Source: Spirochaetia bacterium
Lineage (GTDB): Bacteria; Spirochaetota; Spirochaetia; DSM-2461
Direction: 5' to 3'
DNA length: 64,000 nucleotides
Assembly: GCA_963666985.2 (NCBI GenBank)
Contig: CAXXIA010000002.1
Location: 1,088,001-1,152,000 of the forward strand
This document shows, in pieces, positions 9,995-19,524 of this stretch. Each line of letters opens with the position of its first letter. Position 1 is the stretch's first letter. A program made the translations under genes and the position numbers. The notes below the pieces were generated by a model. It had not been told where the DNA came from. It worked only from the letters and a program-made list of their open reading frames with translations, and did no database searches.

Positions 9995-10016
9995 CAACGG
10001 AATTGCAGCCGCCGCG

Positions 10017-11123
10017 TTATTCCTGCGGAGGCCGTAAGGAGTTCTTTTTTCCGGAATCGCCGTTTCCGCCGCGGTTTCGGATTCGCCAGGTTCGCCGGAA
10101 CGAGCGGCTCATCCTTCCCGAACCCATCATAACGGCCAAAGGTTTGAGCTCTTCGATATGATTTAAGATGATTCTCAACGCCACGGTGAGCGGCACGGCC
10201 AAAAACATGCCCGTGATGCCCCAAATCCAGCCCCAGACCACCAGCGATATTAAAATAACCAGCGGACTCAAATCCAGCTGGTCGCCCTGCAGGGTGGGAT
10301 CCAGAATGTTTCCCATGACAATCTGAATGGCAGGCATGCAAATCCAGACCGCGGCAATTCGGTTCCACTCCGGAAAAAACTGTATAAGCCCCAGAGTCAT
10401 GGTGGCAACCATGATGAAAAAACTGCCCAAATTGGGAATAAAATTCAAAAGAAAGGCCAAGAGTCCCCAAAGCGGCGCCAAATCCTGACCGATAATGCTC
10501 AGCGACGCCCAGACAAGGATTCCCGTAATAGCGCTTATAAAGGTTTTTACCGTTAAATAACGGGCAACCTGCCGCGAAACGTCGGTTACGGCCCGTCCGA
10601 CTTTGATACTGATTCGGCGGGGAAAGGCCCGGCGGAATTTTCTCCAGGAAAGCGCGGTTTCGGCCAGCATGAAGATAAGAAAAAGCAGAACAAGCCCCAA
10701 ATGAGTTCCGAAAGAAACGAAGCTTCCGCTGATCTGCATAATGCGGTCGATGAGTCCTTGGGTCCAGCCGAATTGCGGGAAGTACTCCCTGGGGAGTCCG
10801 AATCGGCCCCACAGCTCGCTCAGAATCTGAATAAAACGCTTTTGATAGACACCGAAAACCTGCGTAAAGGTGCGCAGACTCGAATAGAACAGACGCCCTA
10901 CGGCGTAAAGAAGAACAAAGAGAGTCGCCATAACCAGGATAATCCCCACAAGACGCGGGATTTTCCATTTATTCAGCTTATTCACCACCGGCGTGAGCAT
11001 CAGAGAAAGCAGTCCGGCAATCACCAACGGGATAAAAACGGATTTGAGAAGATGCATCACCGCCAGAACGGCGATTGCCGTAAGAATACCGATGAAGAGA
11101 ATCTCGACGTTTTTGGTTTTCAC
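10017..11123 (-). CDS. AI-2E family transporter (TqsA/YdiK-like)
   Basis: Multi-TM protein with LNFIPNLGS, GNILDP and LSPLVILISLVVWGWIWGITGMFLAVP. Confidence 0.9.
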   Translation of the reverse strand: MKTKNVEILFIGILTAIAVLAVMHLLKSVFIPLVIAGLLSLMLTPVVNKLNKWKIPRLVGIILVMATLFVLLYAVGRLFYSSLRTFTQVFGVYQKRFIQILSELWGRFGLPREYFPQFGWTQGLIDRIMQISGSFVSFGTHLGLVLLFLIFMLAETALSWRKFRRAFPRRISIKVGRAVTDVSRQVARYLTVKTFISAITGILVWASLSIIGQDLAPLWGLLAFLLNFIPNLGSFFIMVATMTLGLIQFFPEWNRIAAVWICMPAIQIVMGNILDPTLQGDQLDLSPLVILISLVVWGWIWGITGMFLAVPLTVALRIILNHIEELKPLAVMMGSGRMSRSFRRTWRIRNRGGNGDSGKKNSLRPPQE

Positions 11124-11223
11124 TCTTTCATTGTACCGATTTGAGCTCCGAGAGTGTAATAATCCTTATCCGAAATGCTCGAAAGGACTTCCCTCACCGA
11201 TGCGATTCGTTTAGATTCCCCCC

Positions 11224-11832
11224 ATGGCCGCTATTGTTCCGCTGCTCAAAAACATTCGATTTCTCACTTCATCGCCGAGTTTCACCTCCCTTCCGGCCGA
11301 TACGGGCGTTGAAGTGGCCTTCGCCGGACGTTCCAACGCCGGCAAGTCCTCGGTGCTGAACTGCCTCACAAACCGAAAATCCCTGGCGAAGACTTCATCC
11401 ACTCCCGGAAAAACGCGTCATATCAACCTTTACGGCCTGACTCAAGACGCCGGCATCAGACTGGCCGATCTTCCCGGATACGGATACGCCAAGGTTAACG
11501 TTAAAGAACAGGAACGCTGGGGAAACGAACTGACACGCTATGTAACCGAAAGGGAATGCCTTAGGGGTATCGTCATCGTTATGGATATCCGCCATCCTCT
11601 TACCGACAACGACAGGCAGATGCTCACTCTCTGCCGTACGGGGGGAAAGCCTGTTCATGTCCTTTTAAACAAAGCCGATAAGCTCTCTTCGAATAAAAAG
11701 GCCGTTCTGTTGAAAAAAGTGGAAAAGGATTTGGCGTTTCTCGCGCCCGGGGCTACGCTTGGCGCATTCTCGGCACTCAAAGGAGACGGACTGCCGGAAT
11801 TCCGGAACGTCTTGGAAAACTGGCTGGATTAA
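11224..11832 (+). CDS. engB: Ribosome biogenesis GTPase YihA/YsxC
   Basis: GRSNAGKSS, TSSTPGKT, DLPGYGYA, DIRH and NKADK. Confidence 0.96.
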   Translation: MAAIVPLLKNIRFLTSSPSFTSLPADTGVEVAFAGRSNAGKSSVLNCLTNRKSLAKTSSTPGKTRHINLYGLTQDAGIRLADLPGYGYAKVNVKEQERWGNELTRYVTERECLRGIVIVMDIRHPLTDNDRQMLTLCRTGGKPVHVLLNKADKLSSNKKAVLLKKVEKDLAFLAPGATLGAFSALKGDGLPEFRNVLENWLD

Positions 11833-11933
11833 TCCCTGCCGGAATGCCTAGAGACGATACCGGCAAGGTATTAATAAACGCGACGCCTTCGCGGGGTCAG
11901 TAAAAAAAATATCCGCCGGAGCGCCTTTTTACG

Positions 11934-12134
11934 TTACGCTCCCGTGGGAGTCAGATAATCGGTGCGCAGACAGGATTCAAAGAGCGACCGGGGAAGAAAT
12001 TCCTTCTTTTCATCTTTCCAGCCGGATTCCACTTTGGTTATGATTACCGAAAAACCGGCTTGCGTTTCCTTGGTTACTTTCAAATATTGTTCACCGGTTC
12101 CCTTGATGCGATACTCTTTCTTGATGCTGTTCAC
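11934..12134 (-). CDS. Small hypothetical protein, 66 aa
   Basis: GGAGG SD before a GTG start. Sequence MNSIKKEYRIKG...LFESCLRTDYL resembles a small spirochaete protein family (from recollection). Confidence 0.65.
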   Translation of the reverse strand: MNSIKKEYRIKGTGEQYLKVTKETQAGFSVIITKVESGWKDEKKEFLPRSLFESCLRTDYLTPTGA

Positions 12135-12308
12135 AAACTCACCTCCAGAAATAATGGGCTCTCCTGAACGAACGAAACGGCTCGGCACTCCCGCGCCGCT
12201 TCACCGATACCCGGCGGCAGCCTCTTTTTTGATTCTCGGCTTTTTACGGAAGCCTGCTGAATTTCGAAAGCCCTTATCGTCAACGGGAAAAAAAACTATC
12301 ATGTGTCC

Positions 12309-12857
12309 GTGGGAATCATCATTATCGGCGGACTGAAACATTGCGGCAAAACGTCTCTGGGGAAAATTCTCTCAAGAGATTTAAGGTGTCCGTTTTTTGA
12401 TTTGGACGATCTTGTCCTCGAAGTAACCGCCGGTGCCTGGAAATCGGTAAGAGCGATCTACCGCGACCTGGGCAGGGAGGAATTCCAGCGCCTGGAAGTG
12501 GAAGCCGTTCGGGATTTCGCGGAGTGGAGGATGCCGAAGCTTGGCGGAGGAACCGCGGTGCTCTCCCTGGGCGGGGGAACCATTGAGAACGGCGAAGCCA
12601 TGGCGTGGCTTTCCGGCCGCGGAACCGCGGTGTATCTGAAGGCCGATGCCGATCTTCTTTTCGAGCGCATCATGAACGGCGGGCGGCCGCCGTTCCTTTC
12701 CGAAGAGAATCCGAAGGAAGACTTTATGGCGCTGTATGAGAAGCGCGACGCTCTTTACAGTCAATTCGCCGATCTCATCCAAGAAGTTGATGATGCCCCG
12801 CAGGAAATCAATGCCCAGCGTTTGCTGGTATCCCTGGAGAAACACCATGCCCGGTAA
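12309..12857 (+). CDS. aroK: Shikimate kinase
   Basis: P-loop GLKHCGKT, DLD, FQRLE, SLGGG, RP and R...Y. Overlaps the aroC start. Start is GTG 12309 or 12303. Confidence 0.9.
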   Translation: MGIIIIGGLKHCGKTSLGKILSRDLRCPFFDLDDLVLEVTAGAWKSVRAIYRDLGREEFQRLEVEAVRDFAEWRMPKLGGGTAVLSLGGGTIENGEAMAWLSGRGTAVYLKADADLLFERIMNGGRPPFLSEENPKEDFMALYEKRDALYSQFADLIQEVDDAPQEINAQRLLVSLEKHHAR

Positions 12858-13914
12858 CTGTTTCGGACGTTTTTTACGAATCACCACCTTTGGAGAATCG
12901 CACGGCGCCGCGGTCGGCGTGGTGATGGACGGACTCCCTCCGGGGCTGATTCTTTCCGAGGCCGACGTTCAGAAGGAAATGGACCGCCGTAAGCCCGGTC
13001 AGTCGGATTTGACGACGCCCCGCGAAGAGGCCGATCAGGTGACTTTTCTCTCCGGCATTTTCGAGGGCAGGACCACGGGAACGCCCCTGGCCATGATGCT
13101 GAAGAACACCAATGTCCGTTCGGACGATTATAACGACATCGCGGCGAAATTTCGTCCCGGCCACGCGGACTTTACCTACCAAAGCAAATACGGTTTTCGC
13201 GACTGGAGAGGCAGCGGGAGGGCGTCCGGAAGGGAAACGGCCGGCCGCGTGGCCGCCGGTGCGGTTGCGCGAAAATGGCTCGGCGAGCACGGTGTTTCCG
13301 TTCTGGCCTGGGTAGCCGAGGCGGCGGGGATTCCCTGTGAAACCTTTGATGCGGACCAGATAGAGAAGAATCCCATGCGGGCCTGCGATTCGAAAGCGGC
13401 GCAGAAAATGGCCGAGAAGGTTCGTGCGTTTCGGGATGCGGGCGACAGCGCCGGAGGCATTATCTCCTGCCGGGTAACCGGTTTGCCGGCGGGACTCGGG
13501 GATCCGGTATTCGATAAGCTCGAAGCGGACCTGGGCAAGGCGGTACTGTCGATTGGGGCGATACGGGGCATCGAATTCGGCGCCGGTTTCGCCGCCGCCG
13601 GAATGAAAGGCAGCGAACACAACGACGGTATGGATTCCGAAGGTTTCCTTTCCAACAACTCAGGGGGCATTATCGGCGGAATCAGCACGGGTGAGGAAAT
13701 CCTCTTCCGCGCGGCCGTAAAGCCCACAAGCTCCATCAGCGTGCCGCAGACAACCAGAGATTTATCGGGCGAAACCGTCGAAATCAGCACCGAAGGCCGC
13801 CATGATCCGATTATCTGTCCGCGCATCGTTCCCGTTGTGGAAGCCATGACCGCCCTGGTACTCATGGACCAATGGCTGGCTCAAAGAGCGCTGCGCGGCA
13901 AAGATCCGCGATAG
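12847..13914 (+). CDS. aroC: Chorismate synthase
   Basis: TFGESHG, RPGHAD, GRASGRETA, GGIIGGIS, KPTSSI and GRHDP. Confidence 0.97.
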   Translation: MPGNCFGRFLRITTFGESHGAAVGVVMDGLPPGLILSEADVQKEMDRRKPGQSDLTTPREEADQVTFLSGIFEGRTTGTPLAMMLKNTNVRSDDYNDIAAKFRPGHADFTYQSKYGFRDWRGSGRASGRETAGRVAAGAVARKWLGEHGVSVLAWVAEAAGIPCETFDADQIEKNPMRACDSKAAQKMAEKVRAFRDAGDSAGGIISCRVTGLPAGLGDPVFDKLEADLGKAVLSIGAIRGIEFGAGFAAAGMKGSEHNDGMDSEGFLSNNSGGIIGGISTGEEILFRAAVKPTSSISVPQTTRDLSGETVEISTEGRHDPIICPRIVPVVEAMTALVLMDQWLAQRALRGKDPR

Positions 13915-14068
13915 ACGGCTGAAATACACCGCGGCGCTTGTAGCAGGCCTATCGAAAATAACGCGCATTCGGAATTCGCAAAAATAAGGAATCCCTCTTA
14001 TGCCGTATCCTTCTTTTCAAGAAGTAAAGAAGAATTAATCCCATGAGGTCCGCTTCGGCAATTTTTTC

Positions 14069-14114
14069 TTGACAGTCACTTTTTAAGTGGTATTCTGGTT
14101 CTACCAATATACCA
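14069..14114 (+). promoter_or_regulatory. Sigma70 promoter overlapped by a FadR-type palindromic operator
   Basis: TTGACA (14069-74) and TGn-TATTCT (14091-96). Palindrome TGGTATTCTGGT-tct-ACCAATATACCA (14088-14114) has the core TGGT-N3-ACCA. Confidence 0.75.
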
Positions 14115-14129
14115 GATAAGGAGTTTTAA

Positions 14130-15422
14130 ATGAGTCCTGCCGTTATCACAATCATTATCGTTGCGGCCGCGGTAATTCTTCTGATCAGCGGAAAAATACC
14201 GATTGCCGCCATTGCAATCAGTGTTCCCGTTGCACTCGTTATTACCGGGGTATTAACGCCCCAAGAAGCTTTCGCGAATTTCGCCAATCAATGGCCGCTG
14301 ATTTTCATGTTCATGTTCATGGTCGGTGAATCACTCTTTAGAACAGGATTCGCCGATATTGCCGGACGTGCGGCCATCAACCTTTCCGGAAACAAGGAAA
14401 ACCTTTTCTTGCTCTGGATCATGATTATCTCCATGATTTTATCCGCTTTTCTTTCCAATTTGGGCGTTATCGCCTGCCTGCTGCCGATTGTCATGGCCGG
14501 AGTAAAAAAGGGGAACTATTCTCCGAAGAAGGCTCTGCTTTCCATGGCCTTCGCCTCCTCGCTGGGCGGCACGATTACGCTTATCGGAACGCCTCCGAAC
14601 GGCGTTGTGAACAGTGTTCTGGGTAAAATGGAAACCGGATTAACCCCGTTTAAATTCTTCGATTTCGCATTAGTGGGTTTGCCTCTTGCCGTAATCGGTA
14701 TTGCCGTGCTCTTTTTCGTCAGCCTGAAATTCATGCCGACCGAAGATATCGATACGGAATCGGACGATTACGAAGGGCCGCAATCCGCGGAAAATGTTAC
14801 TTATCGCCAAAATAAGATGTGGATCGCCATAACAGTCTTTATCGTTATTGTTCTTATCATGGCCGCCGGAAGCTATATTCCGTTTATTTCGAAAACACTT
14901 CATTTGGGACTCTTAACCACCGCGGCGCTCGGTGCCGTTATCGTTATCGCAACCGGAACAATATCCTGGAAAGAAGCTTATACTTCCGTTTCCTGGACAA
15001 CGGTGATTTCATTTGCCACATTGCTCTCTCTCAGCACCGCTCTGAAGAAGTCCGGTGCGGTTGAAGTTATCGCGAAAGGCATGACCGGAATCAGTGAAAC
15101 ACCATTCATTCTCATGGCCGTGCTGATTTTCATAACCATGCTGTTAACGCAATTTACGTTCAATACGGCCGCTACGGGAATAATCGCCCCGATCGCGGTT
15201 GGTGCCGCAACATCGCTTGGAGTAAGTCCTTATCCTTTCCTTATGGCCGTGGCCATGTCCGCCAGCGCCTGTTTCATGTCACCTATCGCAACAGGTCCGA
15301 ATATCGCAATCGTCGGACCGGGCCGGTTGAAATTCATCGATTTCGTTAAGTCCGGTTTCATTCTTCAAATCGTCAGTTTCTTCGTGATTCTGCTGTTGTC
15401 GGCATTGATCTGGAAATTCTAA
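14130..15422 (+). CDS. SLC13/DASS-like (CitMHS/ArsB-NhaD superfamily) anion permease
   Basis: Multi-TM protein with two repeats: SAFLSN...GGTITLIGTPPN and TQFTFN...FMSPIATGPN. Confidence 0.85.
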   Translation: MSPAVITIIIVAAAVILLISGKIPIAAIAISVPVALVITGVLTPQEAFANFANQWPLIFMFMFMVGESLFRTGFADIAGRAAINLSGNKENLFLLWIMIISMILSAFLSNLGVIACLLPIVMAGVKKGNYSPKKALLSMAFASSLGGTITLIGTPPNGVVNSVLGKMETGLTPFKFFDFALVGLPLAVIGIAVLFFVSLKFMPTEDIDTESDDYEGPQSAENVTYRQNKMWIAITVFIVIVLIMAAGSYIPFISKTLHLGLLTTAALGAVIVIATGTISWKEAYTSVSWTTVISFATLLSLSTALKKSGAVEVIAKGMTGISETPFILMAVLIFITMLLTQFTFNTAATGIIAPIAVGAATSLGVSPYPFLMAVAMSASACFMSPIATGPNIAIVGPGRLKFIDFVKSGFILQIVSFFVILLLSALIWKF

Positions 15423-15480
15423 ACGTTATTGATCCGGGGCGAATCCATCCGGGTTGCCCCGCCGAGAAAGGAATGGCAGT

Positions 15481-16365
15481 ATGACAAATCTGAAAGGCGT
15501 TTTTCCGTATCTTATTTCCCCGGTTAACGGTGACGGTTCCGTTAAAAAGGATGTGTTAACAAACCTTGTTCAATATCTTATCGATGCGGGCGTACACGGC
15601 TTAACCCCCCTGGGAAGCACCGGAGAGTTCGCCTATTTAACATGGAAACAGAGGACTGAAATCGTTGAAACGGTCCTGGAGGCGGCTCAAGGACGGGTGC
15701 CGGTCGTCGCAGGGGTTTTTCACGCGGCAAGCCATGAAGCCGCCGAGCAGGCCGCCGCTTTCGAATCCATGGGCGCCGACGGGATTCTGGCCATCATGGA
15801 TACATATTTTCCCTTATCGGAAAAACAAATATATTCCTATTTCAGAACAATATCCGAAGCGGTCTCCTGCCCCGTCGTGATCTATAATAATCCCCGCTTT
15901 CTGAAAACGGACCTCAGTATCGATGTTATTATCGATCTTGCCGAGATACCGAATATTAAATACTTAAAAGACGCTTCGGGGAATACGGGAAAGCTTCTCA
16001 CGATTCTTAACGCCGTCGGCGATAAAATTAAACTCTTCAGTGCTTCAGCCAGCGTTCCATTATTCGTCATGATGCTCGGCGGCGTGGGATGGATGGCCGG
16101 TCCGGCCTGTATCGCGCCGCGTGAAAGCGTGGCCCTCTATGACTTAGCGGAGAAGCATGCATGGGAAGAAGCGCTGTTACTTCAGAAAAAGCTTTGGGAA
16201 ATGAATCGTATTTTCCAGAAGTACAATATGGCCGCCTGTATCAAAGCGTCTCTTGAACTGCAAGGATTTCCCGTTGGAGATCCGATTCCGCCGGTTCTCC
16301 CTCTTACAGAGGAAGAGCGGCATCATATCTCAACGTCACTGGAAAGCTTGAACAATATTCGGTGA
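15481..16365 (+). CDS. Dihydrodipicolinate synthase/N-acetylneuraminate lyase family class I aldolase
   Basis: LGSTGE, YNNP and the Schiff-base motif KDAS. Catabolic context, so not called dapA. Confidence 0.88.
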   Translation: MTNLKGVFPYLISPVNGDGSVKKDVLTNLVQYLIDAGVHGLTPLGSTGEFAYLTWKQRTEIVETVLEAAQGRVPVVAGVFHAASHEAAEQAAAFESMGADGILAIMDTYFPLSEKQIYSYFRTISEAVSCPVVIYNNPRFLKTDLSIDVIIDLAEIPNIKYLKDASGNTGKLLTILNAVGDKIKLFSASASVPLFVMMLGGVGWMAGPACIAPRESVALYDLAEKHAWEEALLLQKKLWEMNRIFQKYNMAACIKASLELQGFPVGDPIPPVLPLTEEERHHISTSLESLNNIR

Positions 16366-16563
16366 TTTATAAATCAGCGATTTAAATGAAATCCTAAAAA
16401 ACGATACGAAGAATATTGACCGCCGGTTGAGGGGGATCGCCGCAAAAGAAGACGTGCGGCGGCCCCTCGCCTCCGACTTCTTCAGGTGAAACAAAATCTC
16501 AATATTGCCGGTCTCCAAATGAATAGGTACTATAGCGGAACTGATGGACCGAAGGAGACGAAG

Positions 16564-17307
16564 TTGTCCCGCAACGAGGCTCAAAATGATATCGGGTTCA
16601 CCGATAAAATAAATCCAATCCATAAAACAAATGTCCACGAGATGATTCTGGAGCAATTGGAAAAGCTTATTCTATCGGGCGATCTCAAACCGGGGGAGAA
16701 ACTCCCGGGGGAAAGATCTCTTTCCGAAAAATTCGGTGCAAGCAGGAATTCGGTTCGGGTGGCTCTCAAACTCCTTGAATTCATGAACCTTCTGGAAGTT
16801 CGGCCGGGATCGGGTGTTTATGTCGCATCTTCGCCCAATGTACGGCAAGCCGCGATAAAATCACATTGGACGGAACTTGTTAAACAGCATCCGCTTATTG
16901 ATCTTATTGAGGCACGCCAATCTCTGGAGCCGGCCGTGGCCGGATTAGCGGCTCAAAATGCAACGGAAGAAGAAATAATTAAAATGGATGCCGAACTGAG
17001 TTCCAATGAAGAGGAATTATCGAAAAAAGGTTTGGCGGCCAAACATGCCTCCCGTTTCCATGAACTCCTTTTCGGCAGCACCCATAACATTATTCTGGAA
17101 CATATCGGAGCGATGCTTCAAAGTCTTGCGGCGGAAAGCAAGAAAGTGTCTCTTTCAAGCAATAAGAACATCCGCCAATCACTCACCGAACACAGAGAAA
17201 TCCTGGAGGCGGTAAAAAACCGTGATTCCGAATTGGCGGCCCATCGGATGAAGGAGCATTTAACCGGCGTTCAGCGGCACTTGCGTGAAGCCGGTTTGGA
17301 AGAATAA
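16564..17307 (+). CDS. GntR/FadR-family transcriptional regulator
   Basis: wHTH KPGEKLPGER..SRNSVRVAL..RPGSGVYV and FCD domain EAR..LE..AA, FH, EH..I, M..HL. The TTG start follows AAGGAG but is uncertain. Confidence 0.9.
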   Translation: MSRNEAQNDIGFTDKINPIHKTNVHEMILEQLEKLILSGDLKPGEKLPGERSLSEKFGASRNSVRVALKLLEFMNLLEVRPGSGVYVASSPNVRQAAIKSHWTELVKQHPLIDLIEARQSLEPAVAGLAAQNATEEEIIKMDAELSSNEEELSKKGLAAKHASRFHELLFGSTHNIILEHIGAMLQSLAAESKKVSLSSNKNIRQSLTEHREILEAVKNRDSELAAHRMKEHLTGVQRHLREAGLEE

Positions 17308-17439
17308 TCGCGCGAACAAAGTCCATGGCTGCTATTTCCCGATAATCCATTAAGCCAAACCTCGGAAAAAGGTTCTCAGCGCATTGGGCGGGAAACGGCC
17401 GCGAGAGAGTCCGCATGAAGATGCGGAAATCAGAAACCG

Positions 17440-17475
17440 AAAAAAAAGGACCGCCGCTCAATGACGACGGTCCTT
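17440..17475 (-). terminator. Rho-independent terminator of the dfx-ftn-rubredoxin unit
   Basis: Minus strand AAGGACCGTCG-tcattgag-CGGCGGTCC followed by T8. Confidence 0.75.
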
Positions 17476-17541
17476 GTCCTCCCCTTCTGCAGGGGGTTGG
17501 CTACAGAGCTGAAAGATGGATTAAATACCTTAAAAAAGGTA

Positions 17542-17706
17542 TCAGTCGTCCATCTCCGAGAATTCTGATTTCTCGGCCCCGCAAAGCGGGCAAACCCAGT
17601 CCTCAGGCAAAGCATCAAATGGAGTTCCGGCGGCGATATCGTTATCGGGATCGCCTTCGGCCGGATCATAGATGTAGCCGCATACATCACATACATATTT
17701 CTTCAT
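17542..17706 (-). CDS. Rubredoxin, 54 aa (absent from the ORF track)
   Basis: [54 protein letters not shown] with SD GAGGAGG. Confidence 0.97.
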   Translation of the reverse strand: MKKYVCDVCGYIYDPAEGDPDNDIAAGTPFDALPEDWVCPLCGAEKSEFSEMDD

Positions 17707-17755
17707 TCAGTACCTCCTCGTTTCGCCACCGGTTAAAAATCGGCATTTTCGCCGT

Positions 17756-18247
17756 TTACTGCCGAGTGGAAACCTCTTTATCCAATTGATAGAGTCCGAA
17801 AGTATTATCACCGACCATTTCCAATTTGTCGATAAGCGATTGAACCGATGATTCCTCTTCAACCTGCTCGTCAACGTACCAATGGAGGAAAATCTCCGTT
17901 GCGGGATCATCTTCCTTTCTGGAGAGTTTTACCAAGTCATGAATGCATTTTGTTATAAACTCTTCATGCTTCAGGGCCGCGTTCATGGCATCCAGAGGTG
18001 AGTTCCATTCGGCCTGAGGTTTTTCAAGCGCGGCATAATGCACCCGGGAACCCCTCTCATCCAGAAAACGATGAATTTTTTCGGCGTGTTTCCGCTCTTC
18101 GGCGGCCTGCTTGTCCATCCAAATTCCGAATCCCGAAAGATTTTTGGCGTAGAAATCGGCCGCCATGGACTGGTACAGATAAGCGGAATTGAGTTCCTCA
18201 TTAAACTGCTTATCCAAAGCCGCGGCCATTGCCTCTGAAATACGCAT
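17756..18247 (-). CDS. ftnA: Non-heme ferritin
   Basis: QFNEELNSAYLY, QAAEERKHA, HEEFIT and WYVDEQVEEE ferroxidase residues. Confidence 0.93.
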   Translation of the reverse strand: MRISEAMAAALDKQFNEELNSAYLYQSMAADFYAKNLSGFGIWMDKQAAEERKHAEKIHRFLDERGSRVHYAALEKPQAEWNSPLDAMNAALKHEEFITKCIHDLVKLSRKEDDPATEIFLHWYVDEQVEEESSVQSLIDKLEMVGDNTFGLYQLDKEVSTRQ

Positions 18248-18249
18248 TT

Positions 18250-18636
18250 CTACAACGCTCCTCTCCACAGTCCGTGGACGTTACAGTACTCACGAGCGGA
18301 AATGGATTTCGCGGCGCAAGTGCAGCAGAAAGTCGCTTTGGGTTCATCGCCGGGCTTCAGTTCTTTGATCATCCGCTTCCCGTCCACGTTCAGCTCAATC
18401 CACTGAATCCAGTGATTTTCAAGCATGGGATGAAGCGTGCTGCCGACAATCACTTCATAACCGCCGTCGACTTTCTTGATAACCGGAACATGCTTTTCCG
18501 TGGAGGAATCCGCGGTCTTTTCATCCATTTTCACCATTTTCTGACCGCAGCATACCAAATCTCCGCCGCCGAAATGCATCATCATGACAACGTTCCCGCA
18601 TTCTTCACATTTGTAGACATCATACATTTTTGCCAT
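18250..18636 (-). CDS. dfx: Desulfoferrodoxin (2Fe superoxide reductase)
   Basis: [24 protein letters not shown] and YCNVHGLW. Confidence 0.96.
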   Translation of the reverse strand: MAKMYDVYKCEECGNVVMMMHFGGGDLVCCGQKMVKMDEKTADSSTEKHVPVIKKVDGGYEVIVGSTLHPMLENHWIQWIELNVDGKRMIKELKPGDEPKATFCCTCAAKSISAREYCNVHGLWRGAL

Positions 18637-18658
18637 ACCTCTTACCCCCTAACTTAAA

Positions 18659-18673
18659 TAAGAATGATTCCTA
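18659..18673. promoter_or_regulatory. Putative PerR/Fur-family 7-1-7 box upstream of dfx
   Basis: TAAGAAT-G-ATTCCTA. A similar site lies upstream of rubrerythrin. Confidence 0.55.
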
Positions 18674-18725
18674 ATTCAAGAATATATTATTCTTTTTATA
18701 TTAAAAAGAACAATACGCCAATTCT

Positions 18726-19307
18726 TTACCAGTTCTCTCCGAGAATCTCGAAATAGCTCTGAGGATGAGCGCAGGCCGGGCATTTCATCGGCGGTTTTAT
18801 TCCCTCAAAGATATAACCGCAATTGATACAGCGCCAGACGACGGAAGAATCCTTCTCAAAGACCTTTCCCTCATCAACGTTTTTCTTCAATTCCAGATAG
18901 CGTTTCTCATGCTGCTTCTCGGCGACGGCTATGGCTTCGAACGTCGCGGCTATTTCGGAAAAACCTTCTTCCCTGGCCGTCTTCGCAAAATCCGGATACA
19001 TGGTTGTCCATTCGTAGTTCTCTCCCGCCGCGCCGTGTTCCAGATTCACGCTGGTGGTATCGATGGTTCCGAAGGGAAAGGCGGAGCCTTCAACGATGGT
19101 TGATTCTCCGCCGTCCATGAACTTATAGATCCTTTTGGCATGCTCCTTTTCCTGATCGGCCGTTTCTTCAAAGATTTTGGCGATCTGTACCATGCCTTCA
19201 TCTTTTGCTTTCGACGCATAATAGGTATAGCGGTTGCGGGCCTGGGATTCACCGGCAAAAGCCGTCATTAAGTTCTTCTGAGTCTGAGTTCCTTTAAGAT
19301 CATTCAT
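18726..19307 (-). CDS. rbr: Rubrerythrin
   Basis: [30 protein letters not shown] and C-terminal [15 protein letters not shown]. Confidence 0.97.
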   Translation of the reverse strand: MNDLKGTQTQKNLMTAFAGESQARNRYTYYASKAKDEGMVQIAKIFEETADQEKEHAKRIYKFMDGGESTIVEGSAFPFGTIDTTSVNLEHGAAGENYEWTTMYPDFAKTAREEGFSEIAATFEAIAVAEKQHEKRYLELKKNVDEGKVFEKDSSVVWRCINCGYIFEGIKPPMKCPACAHPQSYFEILGENW

Positions 19308-19388
19308 CGTCTTTTCCTGTATTAAAAGATTACGAGGGCATTCCCCTCGTAATAATAATAGGGACGGCGGGATGATATTGCAAGGATT

Positions 19389-19455
19389 ATCAGGAATAAT
19401 TCTTGATTAGACAAAGAGATAATTAGATCCTACTTAAAATATTAGATTATTATAA
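19389..19455. promoter_or_regulatory. Putative PerR/Fur-family boxes upstream of rbr
   Basis: ATCAGGAAT-A-ATTCTTGAT (19389-19407) and, on the minus strand, TTATAATAATCTAAT (19441-19455) with one perfect Per-box half site. Confidence 0.55.
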
Positions 19456-19524
19456 TTTTTATTTTGACGCAAACTCCGCATATCTTTGCATCCGAGCGGA
19501 AGGACCGCCGTTCTCGCCGATCGG

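Noticed and set aside
17430..17696. 88-aa ORF in the track
   Set aside because: It is a shadow frame of the real 54-aa rubredoxin gene.
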